64,000 bases of DNA from Alphaproteobacteria bacterium (GTDB lineage: Bacteria > Pseudomonadota > Alphaproteobacteria > UBA1280 > UBA6503), in NCBI GenBank assembly GCA_021774615.1, contig JAJFIW010000036.1, positions 37,318 through 101,317 on the forward strand, given 5' to 3'. The first letter of the stretch is position 1. Each line of letters opens with the position of its first letter. The position numbers were made by a program, and so were the translations under genes. A model generated the notes under the pieces. It had not been told where the DNA came from. It made no database searches and saw nothing but the letters and a program-made list of their open reading frames with translations. Positions 52,067 to 60,565 of the stretch are shown here, piece after piece.

Positions 52067-52717
52067 TTACTGTGCAGTGTTAACTGTTATGGTTAGCTTA
52101 GGGCAAGTTGGAATTGGTGTACCTGCCATCATTGCAGCGCAAACAGCGCTTGTATCAATGTTCAGGTTTTCTACGGTATGATCATTATCTGCAATTTGCA
52201 CTAATACGGCAGATATAATAGTATTGGCGTTAACCATACTCCTGTAGTCAATCTGCTTTCCAGCATAGAAATTAGAAACTAAAAAACCATTTAGCCACTG
52301 ATAATCAATGTTGATATCTATTAACTGCTGATTTTCTAGCAAAACCATCTGCTGGTTTATGTTTCCATGTGTGTGTGTTATTAAATGTATATTTGGCTTT
52401 GGGTGGTATATGGCAATATCGGTATCTTGATGATGTGCAATATTTATACTGCCAGACTTATTACCAATTAAGACAGAATCTGTTGGGGTAGCTATAATCG
52501 CAGTTAACGCTATAACAGCAATGGTAATCGCATAACCAAGCATTATGCCGACCATAGTTTTATCTGACCATCGCATCATTATAAGGAATGATACAATAAC
52601 CGCTGGTAGCATCATCCATGGTGTGGTGTAGTCTTTGAAGTGCCACTGCCAAAAGTGTGCAGCTACTACTAGAAATGCAATAACAACTATAGATATAATA
52701 GTTTTTAAATATTTCAT
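52067..52717 (-). CDS. orphan 3-TM membrane protein, paralogue B
   Basis: GGAG RBS; FWQ, INIDYQW, LVQIADN, C-x11-CPKLTITV. Confidence 0.8.
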   Translation of the reverse strand: MKYLKTIISIVVIAFLVVAAHFWQWHFKDYTTPWMMLPAVIVSFLIMMRWSDKTMVGIMLGYAITIAVIALTAIIATPTDSVLIGNKSGSINIAHHQDTDIAIYHPKPNIHLITHTHGNINQQMVLLENQQLIDINIDYQWLNGFLVSNFYAGKQIDYRSMVNANTIISAVLVQIADNDHTVENLNIDTSAVCAAMMAGTPIPTCPKLTITVNTAQ

Positions 52718-52782
52718 GATAATCTCCGAGAGAGAATGTGAAAAGAAAAGGGAAGAAAAAATAATAGATATTATTGAGAGAA

Positions 52783-52811
52783 TTTATAATAGCTATGGCA
52801 CTTTGTGTCAA
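52783..52811 (-). promoter_or_regulatory. consensus sigma70 promoter of paralogue B
   Basis: TTGACA-N17-TATAAA; -35 flanked by ATGGCA...TGCCAT inverted repeat. Confidence 0.75.
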
Positions 52812-52825
52812 CATGCCATTACGTA

Positions 52826-52858
52826 AAAAGCCACCCTCTGTTGTAGAGGGGGGCTTTT
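52826..52858 (-). terminator. terminator after paralogue C
   Basis: aaaagccaccctct-gttgt-agaggggggctttt. Confidence 0.85.
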
Positions 52859-52864
52859 CTGTTT

Positions 52865-53572
52865 CTATTTTTCTCTAGTAATAGAAACCGTTATTTGAGG
52901 GCAGCCTTCAAGGCCTTCCATTTTCTGCAACTCTGCACATGCATCTAATGTATTAATTCTAATATTATCAATACTTTCAGTGCTATCTGCAATTTGTCTT
53001 AATATAATAAGCATTATAGGAGAGTCATTTGATGAACTCCAAGTATAATTGCGCATTATATTTTTATTAAAATCAGAAAGGATAATTTCTTTTGACCATT
53101 CGTAGTTGATACTAACTATGATAGGTATAAGTTCTTCATTTTTTAGAACTTTTGTTTGCTCTTGCCATTGACCACGGACATCTTTTATTACATAAAAATC
53201 ACCTTTAGCCCATGGTGGGTATAAAGACTCTGTAATATGAGTAATAACTACAGTTTCACCATTGTCAGCTGTACGGAGCAATGTATCTTCAGGTGTTACA
53301 TATGTTCCAAGTGAGGCAATAATAGCGGCAATTATTGACCCTAGAAGGGAAACCAATGTTATATAAGGTGTCTTCTTACTTAAAAAATATGAGCCTACCA
53401 GCATTATAGTTCCTGATAATAATATTCCTGTTACTGTGCTATTGCCTATAATTGGGTATTCCCAAAATAGAGACAATGCAGCAACAAGTACAACTAATAA
53501 CCACATTATTATTTTTGCAAATACATAGACAATATGTGGAACATTTTTTAATAAAGATTCAGTTTTTTGCAT
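52865..53572 (-). CDS. orphan 3-TM membrane protein, paralogue C
   Basis: ATG 53572 after GGAGG; YPPW, GQWQEQT, INYEW, LRQIADS, C-x11-CPQITVSI. Confidence 0.8.
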   Translation of the reverse strand: MQKTESLLKNVPHIVYVFAKIIMWLLVVLVAALSLFWEYPIIGNSTVTGILLSGTIMLVGSYFLSKKTPYITLVSLLGSIIAAIIASLGTYVTPEDTLLRTADNGETVVITHITESLYPPWAKGDFYVIKDVRGQWQEQTKVLKNEELIPIIVSINYEWSKEIILSDFNKNIMRNYTWSSSNDSPIMLIILRQIADSTESIDNIRINTLDACAELQKMEGLEGCPQITVSITREK

Positions 53573-53634
53573 AAAACCCTCCGATAAGGGGTTAGAAAAA
53601 GAAAAACAAACAGATGAGATATATTTATACACAT

Positions 53635-53663
53635 CTTATGTCGGTTATATGCAGTTTTGTCAA
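53635..53663 (-). promoter_or_regulatory. sigma70-like promoter of paralogue C
   Basis: TTGACA-N17-CATAAG. Confidence 0.55.
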
Positions 53664-53680
53664 GAGTATGGAGTAACGCA

Positions 53681-53713
53681 ATAAACCACCCTGTTTTATA
53701 GAGGGTGGTTTAT
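53681..53713 (-). terminator. terminator after the exonuclease gene
   Basis: ataaaccaccct-N9-agggtggtttat; sequence-related to the 52826-52858 hairpin. Confidence 0.8.
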
Positions 53714-53730
53714 CGCTTTGGTTTCAGAGA

Positions 53731-54756
53731 TTAAAACCCGTGGGGGTTTAATCTAATTAGCTCATTGTGCCATATGGTAAATGGGTGTGGCTTTCCGCTT
53801 TTGCGTGACCTAATCTCACGCTCTACATAATTGACCAACCCTTTATAGTAGTAGCTTCGTGTTTCTGCGTTTATCATGCCGAAGCCTTGCATAGTATTTA
53901 TAAATAACAAAGCAAGGGTTAATACATCATGGCTACCATAATCAATAATACGTTGACGATGAGCAGGCCTTTGGAAATAAAGATTAGCAACTTTCGAACC
54001 ATCCATAGTATCAGAGTCATCTTCACCCTGTACTTTACCAGGAACATTCTGGATTGCAGCATAGTCTGCTTGTTTTGTTCTTGCAGAAAATCCATGCTCA
54101 CCTGCAATAGCTTTCATTAAGTCTAGATTTAGTGGGGTAAATCTGCCAAACAAATCTTCTTCTCCTTTGTGTTTTGCACGGGCGAAGAATTTAGAAAGTA
54201 GCTCATTGTTATTACTACTAGCTATAGGTGTCCCAGATGCTATAGATTCTGGAAACCTACGATTAGCACGCATCAGAAATACAGGCATATCAAAACCATG
54301 ACCATTCCAAGTCAGCAGTACAACTGTATTGCCTTTCTCTTGGTCTTTAACAATATCTTCCATTAAAGCCATAATGGCGGAACGTTCTTTCTTTAGACCT
54401 TCTAAAAGCCATTCAGTACGCCCATTGTCTTTAACACTGCCAACACTTTTTGGTAATGTTTTTGGCAATGGCTTTGCAATATAATTTATCATTTTATAAT
54501 TAGCAGAATTACCTGCCTCAAGTGAAAATGAAAATCGTAAGCAAGGCAATGCAACAATTTGCTGGAAAGCAAGTGGGAACATAGGATTTTTTGCATCTGG
54601 CTCAAACCGCTCTTTACGAAAAGTATCTATGATGCCTTCGTAAGTAGAAGTAGCAGTAAATTTTATGCATAAAGCATTCATCAGAGCCAAAACATCTGGC
54701 ACTGTTTCCGAGTCAATACAATAAATTGTTGCATTGGTGGGGAAGTTCTTAATCAT
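53731..54756 (-). CDS. stand-alone PolB-like 3'-5' exonuclease (DEDDy)
   Basis: ExoI IDSETVPD, ExoII TWNGHGFDMP, DL, MDGSKV, ExoIII Y...DV; ATG 54756 after AAGGAG. Confidence 0.85.
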   Translation of the reverse strand: MIKNFPTNATIYCIDSETVPDVLALMNALCIKFTATSTYEGIIDTFRKERFEPDAKNPMFPLAFQQIVALPCLRFSFSLEAGNSANYKMINYIAKPLPKTLPKSVGSVKDNGRTEWLLEGLKKERSAIMALMEDIVKDQEKGNTVVLLTWNGHGFDMPVFLMRANRRFPESIASGTPIASSNNNELLSKFFARAKHKGEEDLFGRFTPLNLDLMKAIAGEHGFSARTKQADYAAIQNVPGKVQGEDDSDTMDGSKVANLYFQRPAHRQRIIDYGSHDVLTLALLFINTMQGFGMINAETRSYYYKGLVNYVEREIRSRKSGKPHPFTIWHNELIRLNPHGF

Positions 54757-54817
54757 AATAAGCTCCTTTAATGGGGCAAGAAAAGGGAAGAAAAAAATAA
54801 GAATATATAATTTGTAA

Positions 54818-54847
54818 ACCATACGTTTTTTTATGGGTATCTGTCAA
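54818..54847 (-). promoter_or_regulatory. sigma70-like promoter of the exonuclease gene
   Basis: TTGACA-N18-TATGGT. Confidence 0.55.
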
Positions 54848-54944
54848 GCTGATGTATCTTTAAAGAAATGTGTTTTATTTGTATGGTTAGCAAGGTAAAT
54901 TAAATGCTTGAGCAGCGAATTAAAAAATAATAGGAAAACAGCTG

Positions 54945-56069
54945 ATGACACATAAAATAGAAAATATTGCCGTAATGGGTTTAGGTAAAGTTGGCTCATT
55001 AGCTGCACAATTGTTGGCTGATGCAGGCTTTAAAGTTACAGGATATGATTTAGACCCACCCCAAAGTGATTATTTTAAAACTGTTATTTTAGACCTAAGC
55101 GACACTAAAGCAGTTGCTACAGCTCTTAGCAAAAATGATGCTGTGCTCTCCTGTTTGCCATATCATCTTAATAAAGATCTGGCTTCGGCAGCTGTTGCAA
55201 ATAAAGTCCATTATTTTGATTTAACCGAAGACGTACCCACAACCCAACACATTATAGAGCTCTCTAAAAATGCTGAAACAGTTTTGGCGCCACAATGTGG
55301 GCTAGCACCAGGTTTTGTTGGTATAGTTGGCGCAAGTCTTGTTAAGCGTTTTGATAAAATCCGCTCTATCCGTCTACGAGTTGGAGCATTACCACAAAAC
55401 CCAACAGGGTTAATGGGCTACAATTTTAATTGGTCGCCAGAAGGTGTAGTAAACGAATATTTAAACGATTGTGAAGTAATCGAGGGTGGTGTCCATAAGT
55501 CGGTATCGCCAATGCAGTGGGTAGAAAGTATCTACATTAATGGCCAAATGCTAGAGGCTTTCACAACCTCAGGCGGGCTTGGCACAATGTGTGAAACTTA
55601 TGCAGGTAAAGTGGAGAATCTTGACTATAAAACCATGCGTTATCCCGGGCATGTAAAGATGATGAATTTTTTCTTCCATGAGTTATTGATGCGAGAAGAC
55701 CGTAAACTGGCAGGTGAAATTCTAGTCCACGCAAAGCCCCCAACCAGTAAAGATGTTGTGTTTGTCCATGTTGCAGCCGAAGGGTGGCAGTGTGATGAAC
55801 TAATGCGTGAAGAGTTTGTGCGTAGCTATAAACCACAATTAATTGACGGTAAATTTTGGCGTGCTATCTCCTGGACAACGGCAGCATCTGTTGCATCAGT
55901 CATAGAAATGGTCAGTAAAGGTGCATTGCCACAAAAAGGCTTTATTAAACAAGAGGAAATTCTGTTAAAAGAGTTCTTAAAGACAAAAAGTGGTGGCTTG
56001 TATATTAAAGGTGATGAAGACTCGGGTGGGGCTCGCCTTGCCCTTGAAACTACTAAATGTACTAAATAA
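54945..56069 (+). CDS. saccharopine dehydrogenase / lysine 6-dehydrogenase family protein
   Basis: GLGKVG, HYFDLTED, PQCGLAPG, RVGALP, WS.EG..NEY, YKT.RYPGH. Confidence 0.9.
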   Translation: MTHKIENIAVMGLGKVGSLAAQLLADAGFKVTGYDLDPPQSDYFKTVILDLSDTKAVATALSKNDAVLSCLPYHLNKDLASAAVANKVHYFDLTEDVPTTQHIIELSKNAETVLAPQCGLAPGFVGIVGASLVKRFDKIRSIRLRVGALPQNPTGLMGYNFNWSPEGVVNEYLNDCEVIEGGVHKSVSPMQWVESIYINGQMLEAFTTSGGLGTMCETYAGKVENLDYKTMRYPGHVKMMNFFFHELLMREDRKLAGEILVHAKPPTSKDVVFVHVAAEGWQCDELMREEFVRSYKPQLIDGKFWRAISWTTAASVASVIEMVSKGALPQKGFIKQEEILLKEFLKTKSGGLYIKGDEDSGGARLALETTKCTK

Positions 56070-56081
56070 AAAGGGTGGAAC

Positions 56082-56897
56082 ATGTCTAAAACTATAGAGG
56101 GTGTCGCACATATTATTGCAGTTGCATCAGGTAAAGGTGGGGTTGGTAAATCTACAACTGCCGTAAACTTGGCCGTGGCTCTAAGTGCTGCGGGGCATAA
56201 GGTTGGCTTAATGGATGCCGACGTATACGGCCCATCGGTACCACGGATGATGGGGCTAGAAAATGGCTCTGCTCATAGTGATGACGGCAAAACAATTGTA
56301 CCAGCACTCGCCCACGGGGTTAAAGTGATGAGCATGGGCTTTCTTATAGACGAAAACACACCTATTGTTTGGCGTGGGCCAATGGTGCTGTCTGCATTAC
56401 GACAAATGCTGTTTGATGTTAAATGGGGACCTCTAGACGTATTGGTAATTGATATGCCACCAGGCACTGGTGACACACAGTTATCTATTTCCCAAACTGT
56501 TGGTTTGTCGGGTGCTGTTATTGTCTCTACCCCACAAGACATTGCTCTGCTTGATGCTAAAAAAGGGCTTAATATGTTCCGCAAAGTGAATGTTCCAATT
56601 TTAGGAATGGTTGAAAACATGAGCACATTTATTTGCCCATCATGTAGCCATGAAACTCATATCTTTAGTACAGGTGGTGCTGAAAAAGCTGCTGCTGAGC
56701 TTGATGTGCCATTTTTGGCGGCAATCCCACTTGACTTAGCTATCCGCCAAAATACTGACGAAGGTAAGCCATTAGTTATTAGTGCTCCTGATAGCAAACC
56801 TGCAGCTACTTACCATAAGCTGGCAGAAAATGTGTGGGATGCACTACAAGAGCAAGCAGACAAAGCATCACAACCAGTAAAGATTGTTATCGAGTAG
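56082..56897 (+). CDS. apbC: Mrp/ApbC Fe-S cluster carrier ATPase
   Basis: SGKGGVGKST, DAD.YGPS, WRGPM, DMPPGTGD, ENMS...CP.C. Confidence 0.95.
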   Translation: MSKTIEGVAHIIAVASGKGGVGKSTTAVNLAVALSAAGHKVGLMDADVYGPSVPRMMGLENGSAHSDDGKTIVPALAHGVKVMSMGFLIDENTPIVWRGPMVLSALRQMLFDVKWGPLDVLVIDMPPGTGDTQLSISQTVGLSGAVIVSTPQDIALLDAKKGLNMFRKVNVPILGMVENMSTFICPSCSHETHIFSTGGAEKAAAELDVPFLAAIPLDLAIRQNTDEGKPLVISAPDSKPAATYHKLAENVWDALQEQADKASQPVKIVIE

Positions 56898-56901
56898 GTT
56901 T

Positions 56902-58029
56902 ATGAACTCTATAAAACAGTTTCTATTTACCATTATGCTTTTATTAGTAGCACCTGCTGCATATGCGGGTATGTTGCCTGACGATATTGTTGCTACTGGT
57001 GACGATGTTGTTGTTGTGGGTGGTTCTGAAGGGCGAGTTTTTGGGGCAGGCTGGAAGGTTAAAATTGAAGACGGCAACTACGAACGAGAAATTATTGCCA
57101 TTGGTGCCGATATCCACCTAGAACCACATGCTAAAAAACCAGTGTATATATTTGGGCAAAAAATTGTATTGTCGGGGCATTATGCCTCTGATGTTGCTGC
57201 TGTTGGGCAAGAGATTATCCTAATGCCTGATGCTAAAATAGACGGTAAATTATGGCTGTCGGGGCAAAAAGTATGGTTACAGGGCAGTGTTGTTGCAAAC
57301 GGTAAAATTCTTGCTAACCGAGTTTTATTAGAAGGTAATGTTCTTTCTAAAAAAGGTAAGGTTCTAGACGTCCAAGCAAAAGAGCTAGACATCTCTGAAA
57401 CCGCTAAAATTAATGGGGATATTTTATACCGAGCCCAAGAAGCCCCACGGGTAGATGGGCGAGCAAAGGTGCTTGGCAATATAACTCTAGAAACTGCAAG
57501 TTTTGAAGATGAACTGCGCGAGAAATTAGAAAAAATTGCATTTTTAGGTAAGCTAGGCTCAAAACTAATGCTGCTGGTATGGCTACTATTAGCAGGGTTT
57601 GCTATAACCTTATTCATGACACCAAAAGTCGTAGCTTCAATGAAGCGAGTACATGAAAATCCTTTGCGGATGATGGGGGTAGGGTTTGGCTTTCTAGTTA
57701 TAATCCCCATTGCGGCAGTATTCTTGTTGCTAACAGTTATTGGTATGCCTGTGGCTATTTCGATGATGGCTAGTTATCCATTGGCTATTATTATGGGTTT
57801 CTCTATTGGTACTTTGTGGCTAGGTACATTAATATATAAGCTTATATTCCGTAAAAAGCCATACCGTAGGCACCAATTATTGGGTTGTTATTTAATGGCA
57901 ATGCCGCTGGTTGTAGGGCTTACACAGGTTCCATACATGGGGATTATAGGTTGGCTATTGCCATTAACCGCAGGGCTTGGTGCTTTAAGCTGGTTAAAGT
58001 GGCAACAAATGCAAGCGGGTAAGGAGTAA
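56902..58029 (+). CDS. membrane protein with exported beta-helix (bactofilin-like) domain and C-terminal TM bundle
   Basis: Signal peptide, repeated (I/V).G.(V/I) beta-helix motifs, P......LL.T.IG.P and further TMs; ATG 56902. Confidence 0.7.
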   Translation: MNSIKQFLFTIMLLLVAPAAYAGMLPDDIVATGDDVVVVGGSEGRVFGAGWKVKIEDGNYEREIIAIGADIHLEPHAKKPVYIFGQKIVLSGHYASDVAAVGQEIILMPDAKIDGKLWLSGQKVWLQGSVVANGKILANRVLLEGNVLSKKGKVLDVQAKELDISETAKINGDILYRAQEAPRVDGRAKVLGNITLETASFEDELREKLEKIAFLGKLGSKLMLLVWLLLAGFAITLFMTPKVVASMKRVHENPLRMMGVGFGFLVIIPIAAVFLLLTVIGMPVAISMMASYPLAIIMGFSIGTLWLGTLIYKLIFRKKPYRRHQLLGCYLMAMPLVVGLTQVPYMGIIGWLLPLTAGLGALSWLKWQQMQAGKE

Positions 58030-58033
58030 CTTC

Positions 58034-58405
58034 ATGCCAATAGTTATTGCAGTAGCTTTAGGTGGCGCAGTTGGTGCTGTTTTGCGTTATGGAATGGTTA
58101 GTTTTATGCCTATGTGGGGCTCGTTTCCTGTGGCAGTTTTAATTGCTAACATTATAGGTAGTACAGTTTTTGGCTGGCTAGTTAGTGCTATTGATGCCCA
58201 AATTATAATTATGTCTGAAGGGATGCGCAGCTTTATAATGGTAGGCATAATAGGGGCTTTTACAACGTTCTCGTTTTTCTCTTTTGAAACAGTGTCTCTT
58301 TTTCAATCACAGGGCGTTAAAATAGCAATATTATACATATTCCTATCGGTATCTTTAGCTATTACAGGGTTTGTGATAGGAGCAAAACTAGCAACTGCTT
58401 TTTAA
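58034..58405 (+). CDS. crcB: fluoride channel Fluc/CrcB
   Basis: GGA.GA.LRY, AN..GS, G..GAFTTFS.F..E. Confidence 0.92.
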   Translation: MPIVIAVALGGAVGAVLRYGMVSFMPMWGSFPVAVLIANIIGSTVFGWLVSAIDAQIIIMSEGMRSFIMVGIIGAFTTFSFFSFETVSLFQSQGVKIAILYIFLSVSLAITGFVIGAKLATAF

Positions 58406-58507
58406 TACAGGTTACTGGTTGACGTACGGACGGATATAGTCATAATAGACGCCTATTTAAATGCATAGATAATAATAATGAATCACTTTAAAAAGGTCAG
58501 GTAACAC

Positions 58508-59677
58508 ATGGTTTCTAAATCATTTTCTTGGGAACATAAGGGCGGAAAAGGTCCTTGGGGTTCTGGTGGCGGTAACGCTGGCGATAATCGCAATAATAAT
58601 AGGCAACAAAATCAACAACCAGATCTTGACGACATGATACGCTCAGCGCAAGAGCACTTGCGTCGCCATATGGGCGGCGGTGGCGGCGGTAAAGGCGGCT
58701 CATCTGGCGGTAGTAGTAGCATGTGGCTTGGTCTTGTTATTATTGGTATTTTATGGCTGGTAAGTGGTTTCTACATTGTTGACCAATCCGAGCGTGGCGT
58801 TGTACTACGTTTTGGTAAATACGTACAAACTACATCTCCAGGGTTAAATTATCACCTACCATGGCCGTTCGAGTCAGTTATTAAGCCTAAGGTAGAGCGT
58901 GAAAACCGTGTTGAAATTGGCTTTCGTAACACTACTGTAGGCAACCAAAGCCTAAGCCGCTTAATTGGTGGGCGTGGTAGCGATGGTAGCGTACGCCGGA
59001 TGCTAGACAGTGAAGCGTTGATGCTAACTGGTGATGAGAACATTGTTGACCTTAACTTTACAGTTCGTTGGAAAATTAAAGATGCACAAGCGTTTTTGTT
59101 TAACATAGCTAGTCCTGATATTACGGTTAAAGATGTTGCCGAGTCTGCAATGCGTGAAATCATTGGGAAACGCCCAATCGATGACGCTTTAACGTCAAAC
59201 AAGGCAGAAATCGAATTTGCAGCAAAAGACCTTATCCAACAAGTTATGGACGAGTATGGCTCGGGAATTCAGATAAATGCTGTCGAGTTGCAACAAGTAA
59301 ACCCACCAAGCCAAGTTATCGACTCGTTTAAAGATGTGCAAGCAGCTCGTGCTGACGCTGAAAAGTTGCAAAACGATGCCATCGGTTATGCTAACGACAT
59401 TTTGCCAAAAGCTCGTGGTGCTTCAGCTCAAATCACCCAAAATGCTGAAGGTTACCGTGAAGCGAGAAGGTTGGAGGCTCAAGGTCAAGCAGACCGCTTT
59501 ACGAAACAGCTAACTGAATATAACAAAGCAAAAGACATTACCCGTGAGCGTATGTACATAGAGGCCATGGAAGAAGTTCTTGGCAAGGCAAATGTAGTTG
59601 TTATGGGCAGTCAAACAAAAGAACATGTGTTGCCTTATCTTCCTTTAGGGCAGTCAGCAAAACAGGGAGTTCGTTAA
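58508..59677 (+). CDS. hflK: FtsH modulator HflK
   Basis: PWG...PDLDD N-terminus, TM, SPFH with MLTGDENIV, P.ARG.A, TR.R.Y.E. Confidence 0.96.
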   Translation: MVSKSFSWEHKGGKGPWGSGGGNAGDNRNNNRQQNQQPDLDDMIRSAQEHLRRHMGGGGGGKGGSSGGSSSMWLGLVIIGILWLVSGFYIVDQSERGVVLRFGKYVQTTSPGLNYHLPWPFESVIKPKVERENRVEIGFRNTTVGNQSLSRLIGGRGSDGSVRRMLDSEALMLTGDENIVDLNFTVRWKIKDAQAFLFNIASPDITVKDVAESAMREIIGKRPIDDALTSNKAEIEFAAKDLIQQVMDEYGSGIQINAVELQQVNPPSQVIDSFKDVQAARADAEKLQNDAIGYANDILPKARGASAQITQNAEGYREARRLEAQGQADRFTKQLTEYNKAKDITRERMYIEAMEEVLGKANVVVMGSQTKEHVLPYLPLGQSAKQGVR

Positions 59678-59678
59678 A

Positions 59679-60539
59679 ATGAAACCAATCCATATGATTT
59701 TTACAATCTTCTTAATAATCACAGGTATTGTTTTAGCTAATAGTACTTTTATTGTAACCGAGACCGAGCGTGCTTTGGTTTTATCTTTAGGTAAGGTTGA
59801 TAAGCAGGTTAATAAACCTGGTCTACACTTCCGTCGTCCATTTATCCAACAATTGGTTAAATATGATGACCGTATCTTGTACTTAGATTCTCGCCCTGAG
59901 GAAATTGTAACCAAAGACAAAAAACGTTTAGTTGTGGATACATTTATGCGCTGGCGGATTGAAGATGCTATTAAGTTTTACGAAACTCAACGCACTTTAC
60001 AAAATGGTAGAGCACAGCTAAACACAATCATGAGCTCGACTACAAAACGTAACTTAGCACGTGAAGATGCCCAAGAGATTATCTCTGGTGAGCGCTCTAA
60101 TATTATGGATAGTATCCTTAATGAAACTCGTGAAGAAGCTGCTCGTTTTGGTATTGCTGTTATTGATGTACGCATTAAGCGTGCTGACTTGCCAGCGGAA
60201 AACTCGCAAGCGGTTTACAACCGGATGCGTGCAGAACGAGACAAAGAAGCAAAAGAAATCCGCGCTGGTGGTGAGGAAGAAGCACAAAAAATCCGTGCTA
60301 ATGCCGAGCGTGAACGGACTATCTTACTTGCTGATGCCGAACAAAAAGGACAAACTCTGCGTGGTTTAGGAGACGCTGAAGCAATTAAGATTTTTGCTGA
60401 CGCTTTTGGTAAAAACCCTGAGTTTTATCGTTTAACTCGTACTCTAGAAGCTTATCGTAATAGCTTAGCGAAAGAAGGCACAACTTTGGTTGTTGACCCT
60501 GCGACAAGCTTTCTTAGAATATTTGAACAAGGGCGGTAA
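59679..60539 (+). CDS. hflC: FtsH modulator HflC
   Basis: TKDKK.L.VD, DVRIKR.DLP, RM.AER, PEFY...R.LEAY. Confidence 0.96.
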   Translation: MKPIHMIFTIFLIITGIVLANSTFIVTETERALVLSLGKVDKQVNKPGLHFRRPFIQQLVKYDDRILYLDSRPEEIVTKDKKRLVVDTFMRWRIEDAIKFYETQRTLQNGRAQLNTIMSSTTKRNLAREDAQEIISGERSNIMDSILNETREEAARFGIAVIDVRIKRADLPAENSQAVYNRMRAERDKEAKEIRAGGEEEAQKIRANAERERTILLADAEQKGQTLRGLGDAEAIKIFADAFGKNPEFYRLTRTLEAYRNSLAKEGTTLVVDPATSFLRIFEQGR

Positions 60540-60565
60540 TTGATTATACAAAGAGGAAGCAAAAC

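Noticed and set aside
53573-54822. Longer N-termini from the ORF track for 51288-52028, 52865-53632 and 53731-54822
   Set aside because: The Phe-rich extensions are translations of the U-rich leaders; SD sequences sit before the internal ATGs at 51995, 53572 and 54756
49813-54850. Intact prophage
   Set aside because: No integrase, terminase, capsid, tail or att-like repeats were recognised
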